Positions 1 through 7,455 are shown, counted from the first letter of the stretch. The stretch is 40,606 nt of DNA from Christiangramia sp. (GCA_041611635.1 JBFIMP010000001.1:1-40606); one strand, 5' to 3'. Numbers and translations: made by a program. The notes: generated by a model from the letters alone, not told the origin.

Positions 1-16
1 CGATCTGAAAGCAAAC

Positions 17-352
17 TGTCATTCAAAACTTAAAGTAGCGAAGAATCTTACTATTCATATTTAGGTTAAGCAGAGATTCCTCTCTACGATCGGAATGACA
101 CAGCATATGAATCAGAACGAAGCTTAGCGAAGTGAACTGTCATTCAGAACCTAGCGTAGCGAAGTGAAGAATCTATTGACACAATGCACTGTAAAACAGA
201 GATTCCTCCTATCGTCGGAATGACATATCAACAAGATTATGAATAATGCGATCTGAAAGCAAACTGTCATTCAGAACGTAGCTTAGCGAAGTGAAGAATC
301 TTTTGACACAATGCACTGTAAAACAAAGATTCCTCCTATCGTGGTAATGACA
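17..352. repeat. Tandem array of three REP-doublet (REPIN-like) palindromic units
   Basis: Units at 17-100, 138-225 and 265-352 each read TGTCATTC...GAATCT-(loop)-AGATTC...(G)AATGACA, i.e. two inverted REP-like hairpins. Units 2 and 3 are nearly identical, and 1-24 is repeated exactly at 249-272. The array may continue beyond the left edge. Confidence 0.85.
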
Positions 353-381
353 TAAAAGTCTTAATTAGTTAATTTTACAAA

Positions 382-1104
382 ATGTCTCAAAAACCCTTCA
401 AATTCAAACAATTCAGTATAGACCAGGATCGTTGCGCGATGAAAATCGGCACAGACGGTGTGCTCCTTGGAGCATGGTCTTCCCTGCAACATCAACCAAA
501 CAGTATCCTGGATATAGGCACGGGAACCGGCCTTATTGCCCTAATGCTGGCACAGAGATCTGATGCTGAACTTATCGATGCGCTTGAAATTGAAGAAAAT
601 GCCTATGAGCAGGCTGTAGAGAATTTCGAAAAAAGCGACTGGGGCGACCGACTTTTCTGCTACCACGCAGGTTTCGATGAATTTGTTGAGGAGATGCAGG
701 ATGAAGAAGAATACGACCTGATCATTTCCAATCCTCCTTTTTACCCGGAAGACTACAAGACCGGAAATGAAAACAGGGACCAGGCCAGGTTCGCTGACGC
801 CCTTCCATTAACCGAATTGATCGAAGGAGCTTCTCTCCTGCTTTCTCAAAAAGGCCATTTTGATCTTATCATTCCGCATACAGAGGAACAAACCGCTCTT
901 AAAATTGCAACAGATCACAAGCTTTTTCCTCTAAAGATCACCAGAGTAAAAGGAACCCCAGAATCTCCAGTTAAAAGAAGCCTAATTAGTTTCGGTTTCG
1001 AAAAAATAGAACCAGAAATCGATGAACTCATTTTAGAGATTTCGAGACATAATTATACCGAAGAATTCAAGGACCTGGTTAAAGATTTCTACCTGAAGTT
1101 GTAA
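382..1104 (+). CDS. yfiC: tRNA1(Val) (adenine(37)-N6)-methyltransferase
   Basis: N-terminal FKFKQF and MKIGTDGVLLGAW; SAM motif LDIGTGTG; N6-adenine MTase motif NPPF; C-terminal FYLKL. Confidence 0.9.
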   Translation: MSQKPFKFKQFSIDQDRCAMKIGTDGVLLGAWSSLQHQPNSILDIGTGTGLIALMLAQRSDAELIDALEIEENAYEQAVENFEKSDWGDRLFCYHAGFDEFVEEMQDEEEYDLIISNPPFYPEDYKTGNENRDQARFADALPLTELIEGASLLLSQKGHFDLIIPHTEEQTALKIATDHKLFPLKITRVKGTPESPVKRSLISFGFEKIEPEIDELILEISRHNYTEEFKDLVKDFYLKL

Positions 1105-1121
1105 GTCTCTATTGAAGTTTA

Positions 1122-1239
1122 CGTCACCTGTCCCGAAGCTTCGGCAGTTAGGAGTTACAAAAAGAGAAGCGAGATGCTGAAATAAATTCAGCATGACGAT
1201 TTTCATAAAACCTGTGAAGTTTTAGAAACCTCACAGGTT
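1122..1239. repeat. Cluster of three different short palindromic REP-like elements
   Basis: CCGAAGCTTCGG (1133-1144); ATGCTGAA-ataaa-TTCAGCAT followed by GACG (1174-1198); AACCTGTGA...TCACAGGTT (1209-1239). Confidence 0.65.
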
Positions 1240-1253
1240 AAAAAAATAAAAGA

Positions 1254-1284
1254 TTGCTTCTCATAAAAGACTTGGTTACATTTG
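1254..1284 (+). promoter_or_regulatory. Bacteroidota primary-sigma promoter (-33/-7) for the acyl-CoA dehydrogenase
   Basis: TTG at 1254-1256, 20-bp spacer, TACATTTG at 1277-1284. Confidence 0.65.
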
Positions 1285-1302
1285 TTAGAAACACTACACA
1301 AA

Positions 1303-2478
1303 ATGAAACCAGATCTTTTTCAGGCTCCTGATTATTACAATCTTGACGACCTACTTAGCGACGAACATAAAATGGTGCGCGACGCCACACGCGAGTTTGT
1401 AAAGCGTGAAGTTTCCCCGATCATAGAAGAAGCAGCTCAAAAAGCTGAATTTCCTAAACAACTTATTAACGGACTTGCTGAAATTGGCGCTTTTGGACCT
1501 TATATTCCTGAAGAATATGGCGGAGCAGGCCTGGACCAGATCTCTTATGGATTGATCATGCAGGAAATTGAACGTGGGGATAGCGGAATCCGCTCTACCG
1601 CATCGGTTCAGTCTTCACTGGTGATGTACCCCATTTTCAAATATGGAACAGAGGAGCAGAGAAAGAAATTCCTTCCGAAGCTGGCTTCCGGAGAAATGAT
1701 TGGTTGCTTTGGCCTGACCGAGCCAGATCATGGTTCTAATCCGGGAGGAATGACCACTAATTTTAAAGATAAAGGTGATCATTACCTGCTGAATGGCGCC
1801 AAAATGTGGATCTCCAATTCACCTTTTGCAGATATTGCAATAGTTTGGGCAAAGAACGAGGAAGGAAGAATTCATGGACTTATCGTAGAAAGAGGAATGG
1901 AAGGTTTCTCCACTCCAGAAACTCATAATAAATGGTCGCTTCGTGCTAGTGCTACGGGAGAATTGATATTTGACAATGTAAAAGTACCGAAGGAAAACCT
2001 GATGCCGAACAAAACAGGATTGGGAGCTCCACTTGGATGCCTGGATTCTGCCCGTTACGGAATTGTCTGGGGAGCGATTGGAGCTGCCATGGATTGTTAT
2101 GACACCGCTTTGAGATATGCCAAGGAGAGAGAGCAATTTGGTGTGCCTATTGCTGCAAAACAACTCCAGCAGAAGAAACTGGCCGAGATGATCACCGAGA
2201 TCACTAAAGCTCAGCTGATGGCCTGGAGACTCGGCACCTTAAGAAATGAAGGCAAAGCAACTTCTGCCCAGATCTCCATGGCGAAAAGAAACAATGTGGA
2301 GATGGCAATCAAAATTGCCAGGGAAGCCAGACAGGTTCTCGGCGGAATGGGAATTACCGGAGAATACAGCATCATGAGACATATGATGAACCTGGAAAGT
2401 GTGATCACTTATGAAGGCACCCATGATATTCATTTACTTATCACTGGGCTTGATATTACAGGCCACGCTGCATTTTAA
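1303..2478 (+). CDS. Acyl-CoA dehydrogenase, glutaryl-CoA dehydrogenase-like
   Basis: GCFGLTEPDHGS, NGAKMWISN and TYEGTHDIH (GcdH-like C-terminus). Start moved to ATG 1303 because the TTG at 1282 lies inside the -7 element. Confidence 0.9.
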   Translation: MKPDLFQAPDYYNLDDLLSDEHKMVRDATREFVKREVSPIIEEAAQKAEFPKQLINGLAEIGAFGPYIPEEYGGAGLDQISYGLIMQEIERGDSGIRSTASVQSSLVMYPIFKYGTEEQRKKFLPKLASGEMIGCFGLTEPDHGSNPGGMTTNFKDKGDHYLLNGAKMWISNSPFADIAIVWAKNEEGRIHGLIVERGMEGFSTPETHNKWSLRASATGELIFDNVKVPKENLMPNKTGLGAPLGCLDSARYGIVWGAIGAAMDCYDTALRYAKEREQFGVPIAAKQLQQKKLAEMITEITKAQLMAWRLGTLRNEGKATSAQISMAKRNNVEMAIKIAREARQVLGGMGITGEYSIMRHMMNLESVITYEGTHDIHLLITGLDITGHAAF

Positions 2479-2489
2479 TCTCACTCACT

Positions 2490-2933
2490 ATGAAAAAAAT
2501 CAGCTACCAGATAGAGATCGATTGCCCCAGGAATCAGGTATTTTCAATCATGCTGGATAAGCAGCATTACCGTGAATGGACGGCTGAATTCAACCCAACT
2601 TCACATTATGAGGGCGAATGGGAAGAAGGTAACAGGATCTTATTTCTGGGAGAGAGTGAAGATGGAGAAAAGGCAGGGATGTATAGCCAGGTAGAAAAAC
2701 TGGAACCAGGAAAATTTTTAAGCATAAAGCACCTGGGCATGCTTGAAAAAGGCAAGGATACTGCTTTCGAAAATAATCTCTACGAGGATTATTACCTGGA
2801 AGATAGAAACGGCTCCACTTTATTGAAGGTAGAGCTGGACACCGAAGATGAATGGATAGATTATTTCAAGAACACCTGGCCTAAAGCCCTTCAGAAATTA
2901 AAAGAAGTCTGCGAAAGGAATTGCCAGATTTAA
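2490..2933 (+). CDS. SRPBCC/AHA1-like domain protein
   Basis: Typical pattern YREWTAEF, W-EEG and a C-terminal WPKALQKLKEVCE helix. 11 bp downstream of the ACAD stop. Confidence 0.7.
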   Translation: MKKISYQIEIDCPRNQVFSIMLDKQHYREWTAEFNPTSHYEGEWEEGNRILFLGESEDGEKAGMYSQVEKLEPGKFLSIKHLGMLEKGKDTAFENNLYEDYYLEDRNGSTLLKVELDTEDEWIDYFKNTWPKALQKLKEVCERNCQI

Positions 2934-3109
2934 ACAAGATCAAAACAAGGGCAACGTTTACAACGCTTGCCCTTTTTATATTTGTCACAGCATTCTTTTT
3001 TCAAGGGTTTTGACTTTTTAGCTACCACTCCTTCTATCCTCAAATAATCTTTAGACTTATCTGAATAGAACACGATCACATTTACACTATTGATGATTTT
3101 TAAAGCCAT
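2930..3109 (-). CDS. Small basic Cys-rich protein (59 aa), putative metal or [2Fe-2S] binding; below the ORF-track cutoff
   Basis: Hand translation: MALKIINSVNVIVFYSDKSKDYLRIEGVVAKKSKPLKKECCDKYKKGKRCKRCPCFDLV*. Stop overlaps the SRPBCC stop. The true start may be an internal GTG. Confidence 0.7.
   Translation of the reverse strand: MALKIINSVNVIVFYSDKSKDYLRIEGVVAKKSKPLKKECCDKYKKGKRCKRCPCFDLV
2947..2977 (+). terminator. Intrinsic terminator of the ACAD-SRPBCC unit (overlaps the microprotein coding sequence on the - strand)
   Basis: AAGGGCAA-CGTT-tac-AACG-c-TTGCCCTT followed by TTT. Confidence 0.6.
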
Positions 3110-3196
3110 ATTCTTAATTTAGCTCAAAAGCCTGACCTACTGAGTTAAACAAGCCATAAAAACGGTTTAAGATTTTCTAAATAGCCGTCCAGATTT

Positions 3197-3217
3197 TACC
3201 TTTGCAATAAATTGCAA
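3197..3217 (+). promoter_or_regulatory. -7 promoter element with an overlapping palindromic operator upstream of DUF3050
   Basis: TACCTTTG at 3197-3204; perfect inverted repeat TTGCAAT-aa-ATTGCAA at 3202-3217. Confidence 0.55.
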
Positions 3218-3222
3218 TAGAT

Positions 3223-4008
3223 ATGATTAAAGAGATAAACGAAAGTTTAGAACCTCTAACCAACCAGTTAATAAATCATCCTTTATATAAAAAGATAAAC
3301 ACTCCTGAGCAGCTCCAGATCTTTATGGAGCATCATGTGTTCGCGGTATGGGATTTTATGTCTTTGCTTACCTCACTGCAGGAGATCCTTACCAAAACTA
3401 CGAATCCGTGGCTGCCAGTAGGTGACCCGCAAATAAGATACCTTATCAATGAGATTGTTCTTGCTGAAGAGACCGATATCAACATTCACGGCAAGAGACA
3501 AAGTCATTTTGAAATGTACCTCGATGCCATGGATGCCGCAGGAGCAAACAGGAAAAAAGTAGAAGAGCTATTAATGCAGGTAAATCACGGTACCGATATC
3601 TTTTTGATCATCGCGACCAGCAAACTACCTGTTAGCATCAAGCAGTTCCTGAAACATACTTTTGAGGTGGTATATAGCAGGGAGCCACACAAAATCGCCT
3701 CTGCTTTCACCTTTGGGCGGGAAGGACTAATTCCAGACATGTTCTCCTCGATAATAGAGAAAGTGCAGAAGAACTTCCCTGAGGACGATCTAAGCCTTTT
3801 TAAATACTATTTTGACAGGCATATCGAACTTGATGGTGATGAACATGGCCCGATGGCCTTTAAAATGGTGGAAGACCTTTGCGGAAATGATGAGAGAAAA
3901 TGGCAGGAAGTTAAAGATACTGCTGAAAAGTCATTAAAAAGCAGGCTGGAACTCTGGGATGGCATTGAAGCCGAAATAGAAGCCAAGCCAGAACCAAAAT
4001 ATGCCTGA
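3223..4008 (+). CDS. DUF3050 family protein (heme-oxygenase-like fold, probable diiron enzyme)
   Basis: HVFAVWDFMSLL, INEIVLAEE, SHFEMY, FGRE and RHIELDGDEHGP motifs. Confidence 0.85.
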   Translation: MIKEINESLEPLTNQLINHPLYKKINTPEQLQIFMEHHVFAVWDFMSLLTSLQEILTKTTNPWLPVGDPQIRYLINEIVLAEETDINIHGKRQSHFEMYLDAMDAAGANRKKVEELLMQVNHGTDIFLIIATSKLPVSIKQFLKHTFEVVYSREPHKIASAFTFGREGLIPDMFSSIIEKVQKNFPEDDLSLFKYYFDRHIELDGDEHGPMAFKMVEDLCGNDERKWQEVKDTAEKSLKSRLELWDGIEAEIEAKPEPKYA

Positions 4009-4050
4009 CTATAAAATTACTCTATTAGGTCAAAATTGACTATTGAAATT

Positions 4051-4084
4051 AAAAAAGCCTGAATTTAAGAGTTCAGGCTTTTTT
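4051..4084. terminator. Bidirectional intrinsic terminator
   Basis: AAAAAAGCCTGAA...TTCAGGCTTTTTT between the convergent DUF3050 and ferredoxin genes. Confidence 0.85.
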
Positions 4085-4106
4085 ATATTCAGTAAGTTAT
4101 TTCTAT

Positions 4107-4442
4107 TTATTCTGAAGCAGGAGCGATTCGCACCTCTAAACCGTCCAGGCCTGGAGTAATGGGAATCTGGCAACTAAGCCTGCTGTTATCTTCCAAGAAA
4201 AAAGCCTGGTCTAACATATCTTCTTCCTCATAACTCTTTTCTGGAAGCATATGCTCAAAATTCAAAATATAGCACTGGCAGGAAGCGCACATAGCCATCC
4301 CTCCGCAAATACCTATAGTACCTTCTGCAGCCAGTTCGTAAGAACGGATCACTTCCATAAGGTTCATATTCATATCTGTTGGAGCATCCACCCGGTGAGC
4401 CTCTCCCTCGCGGTCTATTATAGTGATCTTAACGTCAGACAT
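4107..4442 (-). CDS. fdx: Adrenodoxin-type [2Fe-2S] ferredoxin
   Basis: CGGMAMCASC ... SRLSCQI, i.e. C-x5-C-x2-C-xn-C. Confidence 0.9.
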   Translation of the reverse strand: MSDVKITIIDREGEAHRVDAPTDMNMNLMEVIRSYELAAEGTIGICGGMAMCASCQCYILNFEHMLPEKSYEEEDMLDQAFFLEDNSRLSCQIPITPGLDGLEVRIAPASE

Positions 4443-4471
4443 TCTTTTAATAACTATTTGTTCATCAACCA

Positions 4472-4489
4472 GTCTCGAAATATCGGGAC
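4472..4489. repeat. Short REP-like palindrome between FNR and ferredoxin
   Basis: GTCTCGA-aata-TCGGGAC (one G-U pair); resembles the GTCCCGAAGCTTCGG element at 1130-1144. Confidence 0.45.
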
Positions 4490-4505
4490 AGCTTGACGAT
4501 AATTT

Positions 4506-5567
4506 TTAATTTATACTCTTTACAACTTCTTTTTTCGCTTCTTTCTTACTTCCGTCGAAACCGCTAACCCCACTTACAGTGGTATATTTCATTACGTATT
4601 TCTTATCTGGGTTTATACGCTGATAGGCGCTCTGACACATGATCGCCGCTTCATGGAATCCACAAAGGATAAGCTTCAGCTTTCCTTTATAGGTATTTAC
4701 ATCACCAATTGCGTATATCCCGGGAATATTCGTTTGATAATCATATGCATTATCAACCTTAATGGCATTCTTTTCAATCTCAAGACCCCAGTTAGCGATG
4801 GGCCCAAGCTTTGGTGAAAGTCCGAATAAAGGAATGAAATGATCTGTTTCCTTGATCTCTTCTTCCCTTGCCTTATCCTTATGGCGGATCACTACCGATT
4901 CCAGTTCGTCTTCACCTTTCAGGTCTACCACCTCAGCATCGGTAATAAGATTGATCTTACCAATTTTTGAAAGTTCTTCTACTTTTTCCACAGAATCCAA
5001 AGCTCCACGGAAATCTTTTCTTCTATGAACCAAAGATACTTCTGAAGCAACATCGGCAAGGAAAATACTCCAGTCTAAAGCTGAATCTCCTCCACCAGCG
5101 ATCACTACTTTTTTATCACGGTATACTTCAGGATCACGAATAATATAAGCTACACCTTTATCCTCATACTCCTTGATAGATGGAATAGGCGGTTTTCTAG
5201 GTTCAAAACTACCAAGTCCACCGGCGATCACTACTACGGGAGCGTGATGTTTGGTCCCCTTGCTTGTAGTTACTATAAAACTTCCGTCTTCCTGCTTATC
5301 GATGGTTTCTGCCCTTTCACCAAGAGTGAACCCCGGTTCAAAAGGTTTGATCTGTTCCATTAGGTTATCCACAAGATCTCCGGCTAATACTTCCGGAAAT
5401 CCGGGAATATCATAAATAGGTTTCTTAGGATAGATTTCGGAACATTGTCCTCCAGGTTGCGGAAGGGCATCTATAAGGTGACATTTCAATTTAAGTAAAC
5501 CAGCCTCAAAAACGGCAAAAAGACCTGTAGGACCGGCACCTATGATAAGTATATCGGTTTTAATCAT
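4506..5567 (-). CDS. Thioredoxin-reductase-type ferredoxin--NADP+ reductase (YumC-like)
   Basis: FAD motif IIGAGPTG, YPKKPIYDIPG, NADPH motif GGGDSALDW, HRR, AIGD; no TrxB CxxC. ATG at 5567 preferred over TTG at 5579. Confidence 0.85.
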   Translation of the reverse strand: MIKTDILIIGAGPTGLFAVFEAGLLKLKCHLIDALPQPGGQCSEIYPKKPIYDIPGFPEVLAGDLVDNLMEQIKPFEPGFTLGERAETIDKQEDGSFIVTTSKGTKHHAPVVVIAGGLGSFEPRKPPIPSIKEYEDKGVAYIIRDPEVYRDKKVVIAGGGDSALDWSIFLADVASEVSLVHRRKDFRGALDSVEKVEELSKIGKINLITDAEVVDLKGEDELESVVIRHKDKAREEEIKETDHFIPLFGLSPKLGPIANWGLEIEKNAIKVDNAYDYQTNIPGIYAIGDVNTYKGKLKLILCGFHEAAIMCQSAYQRINPDKKYVMKYTTVSGVSGFDGSKKEAKKEVVKSIN

Positions 5568-5596
5568 GTTTGAATTCAATTAAAAGGGCAGCAAGT

Positions 5597-5839
5597 TTAT
5601 CCTTCAACATTTACTACCTGTTCGATTTGAGGCACATATTTCTTGATCGTCATCTCCACTCCACTCTTAAGGGTCATCTGGTTAACCGAGCACCCTACAC
5701 ACGCACCTTCCAGCTGAACTTTTACCAGACGATCATCTTCGATTGAAACCAGAGATATATTTCCTCCATCGCTTTCAAGAAACGGACGTATCTCTGCCAA
5801 TGCCTTTTCAACATTAATTTTAACTTCTTCGCTTGTCAT
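5597..5839 (-). CDS. NifU-like (Nfu) Fe-S carrier, single domain
   Basis: IRPFLESDGG and LEGACVGC (CxxC), TLKSGVE. Start abuts the mrp stop. Confidence 0.9.
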   Translation of the reverse strand: MTSEEVKINVEKALAEIRPFLESDGGNISLVSIEDDRLVKVQLEGACVGCSVNQMTLKSGVEMTIKKYVPQIEQVVNVEG

Positions 5840-6976
5840 CTATTTCTTTTTAACAGCACTACATCCAGCCATGGTGGTAATCTTAATAGCTTCGGTTGGA
5901 GGCAGATCTTTGTTTCTGTTTACGGTTTCCTGTACCATATTTCTGGTGATCTCTTCGAAAGCAGCCTCTAAAGGAGTTGCAGTTTGAAGAGCCGCGGGTC
6001 TGCCTATATCACCTGATTCTCTTAAACTTTGCACCAGCGGAATTTCTCCTAAAAACGGCACTTTCAGGTCGTCAGCAAGATTTTTTGCTCCCTCCTGTCC
6101 AAAAATGTAATATTTATTTTCCGGAAGTTCTTCTGGCGTGAAATAGGCCATGTTTTCTACGATACCTAAGACAGGAACATTAATACTTTCCTGCTGGAAC
6201 ATAGCCACACCCTTTTTAGCATCGGCCAGAGCAACATTCTGCGGAGTACTCACGATCACCGAGCCGGTGATTGGAAGCGATTGCATAATAGACAGGTGGA
6301 TATCACCAGTTCCCGGGGGAAGGTCTATAAGCATAAAATCCAGTTCACCCCAGTCTGCATCAAAGATCATCTGGTTCAGCGCTTTGGCTGCCATTGGTCC
6401 TCTCCATACTACGGCCTGATTTGGCTTGGTAAAGAAACCTATAGAAAGGATCTTTACTCCGTAATTTTCTACCGGCTTCATTTTTGATTTTCCATTCACG
6501 TTCACTGAAAGTGGTCTTTCAGCTTCAACGTCGAACATAATAGGAGCAGAAGGACCATAGATATCTGCATCCAGAATACCAACTTTAAACCCCATTTTTG
6601 AAAGGGTCACAGCCAGGTTTGCGGTTACAGTAGACTTTCCTACTCCCCCTTTACCTGAAGCTACCGCGATTATATTCTTGATTCCCGGGAGAGCTTTCCC
6701 TTTTATTTCGGGCTGTTTCTTCTCGGGAGCCTGTATTTTGATATTGACCTTAATCTTAGCTTTTTCGTAAACCTTTTCATGAATGGCTTTCATCACATCC
6801 ACTTCTGCTCTTTTTTTAATGTGAAGAGCGGGAGTGCTAAGCACCAGGTCTACCACTACTTCATCACCAAAGGTCATTACGTTTTGAACTGCACCGCTTT
6901 CTACCATGTTACTTCCTTCACCTGCTACTGTAATGGTTTCCAGGGCTTTTAAAATCTCTTTTCTGTCTAATTTCAT
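5840..6976 (-). CDS. mrp: Mrp/NBP35 (ApbC) family P-loop ATPase with N-terminal DUF59-like domain
   Basis: Deviant Walker A SGKGGVGKST, DADIYGPS, WRGPM, DLPPGTGD, ENM. Confidence 0.92.
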   Translation of the reverse strand: MKLDRKEILKALETITVAGEGSNMVESGAVQNVMTFGDEVVVDLVLSTPALHIKKRAEVDVMKAIHEKVYEKAKIKVNIKIQAPEKKQPEIKGKALPGIKNIIAVASGKGGVGKSTVTANLAVTLSKMGFKVGILDADIYGPSAPIMFDVEAERPLSVNVNGKSKMKPVENYGVKILSIGFFTKPNQAVVWRGPMAAKALNQMIFDADWGELDFMLIDLPPGTGDIHLSIMQSLPITGSVIVSTPQNVALADAKKGVAMFQQESINVPVLGIVENMAYFTPEELPENKYYIFGQEGAKNLADDLKVPFLGEIPLVQSLRESGDIGRPAALQTATPLEAAFEEITRNMVQETVNRNKDLPPTEAIKITTMAGCSAVKKK

Positions 6977-7004
6977 ATATGAATTTTAATCAGATTCTTA
7001 GGCT

Positions 7005-7056
7005 TATATAGACTGATTCTAAATGCAAATATAGTTGGAAAAGCTAAGAATACGAA
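7005..7056 (-). promoter_or_regulatory. mrp operon promoter with a palindromic operator over the start site
   Basis: On the - strand: TTCG, 19 bp, TATATTTG (7033-7026), followed immediately by CATTTAGA-atcag-TCTATATA (7025-7005). Confidence 0.6.
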
Positions 7057-7120
7057 GAATTTAGCAATATTAGATTTATAGAGCAATAGGAGGAAATTAT
7101 AAAGGTGAAGCCTTGTGAAA

Positions 7121-7453
7121 TCAGGATAGTTCCTTTACGGGATCCCAATAATATTTTTGAAAATCGATGATTTGTAGTTCCTTTACTTTTACCCCTTCGG
7201 CTTCGAGCAATTGCTGCATTGCATTACTATCTCCAAAATGATGTTTCCCGGTTAGCACACCATTTCGGTTAACGACCCTGTGGGCAGGCACATCTTCCAG
7301 ATCATGAGAGGAGTTCATGGCCCATCCTACCATACGTGCGCTACGGGCAGCACCAAGATATTTTGCAATGGCACCGTAAGAAGTTACCCTGCCTTCCGGA
7401 ATTTTTCGGCAGACTTCATAGACCCTTTCAAAAAATCCAGAATTATCGCTCAA
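7121..7453 (-). CDS. Alkyltransferase-like (ATL) MGMT-family DNA-binding protein
   Basis: IPEGRVTSYG, ARMVG and PAHRVV, in which the catalytic Cys of PCHRV is replaced by Ala. TTG start. Confidence 0.85.
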   Translation of the reverse strand: MSDNSGFFERVYEVCRKIPEGRVTSYGAIAKYLGAARSARMVGWAMNSSHDLEDVPAHRVVNRNGVLTGKHHFGDSNAMQQLLEAEGVKVKELQIIDFQKYYWDPVKELS

Positions 7454-7455
7454 TT

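Noticed and set aside
1-352. Repeat array as a CRISPR
   Set aside because: Units are 84-88 bp composite palindromes, linkers and loops are reused rather than unique, and no cas genes are in the window.
3125-3150. CCTGAC-N7-GTTAAA as an IscR/Rrf2-type site
   Set aside because: Only a weak partial palindrome, and no Rrf2 gene is in the window.
7121-7453. MGMT pseudogene or novel variant because of the missing catalytic Cys
   Set aside because: Cys replacement is the known signature of ATL proteins, and the ORF is intact.
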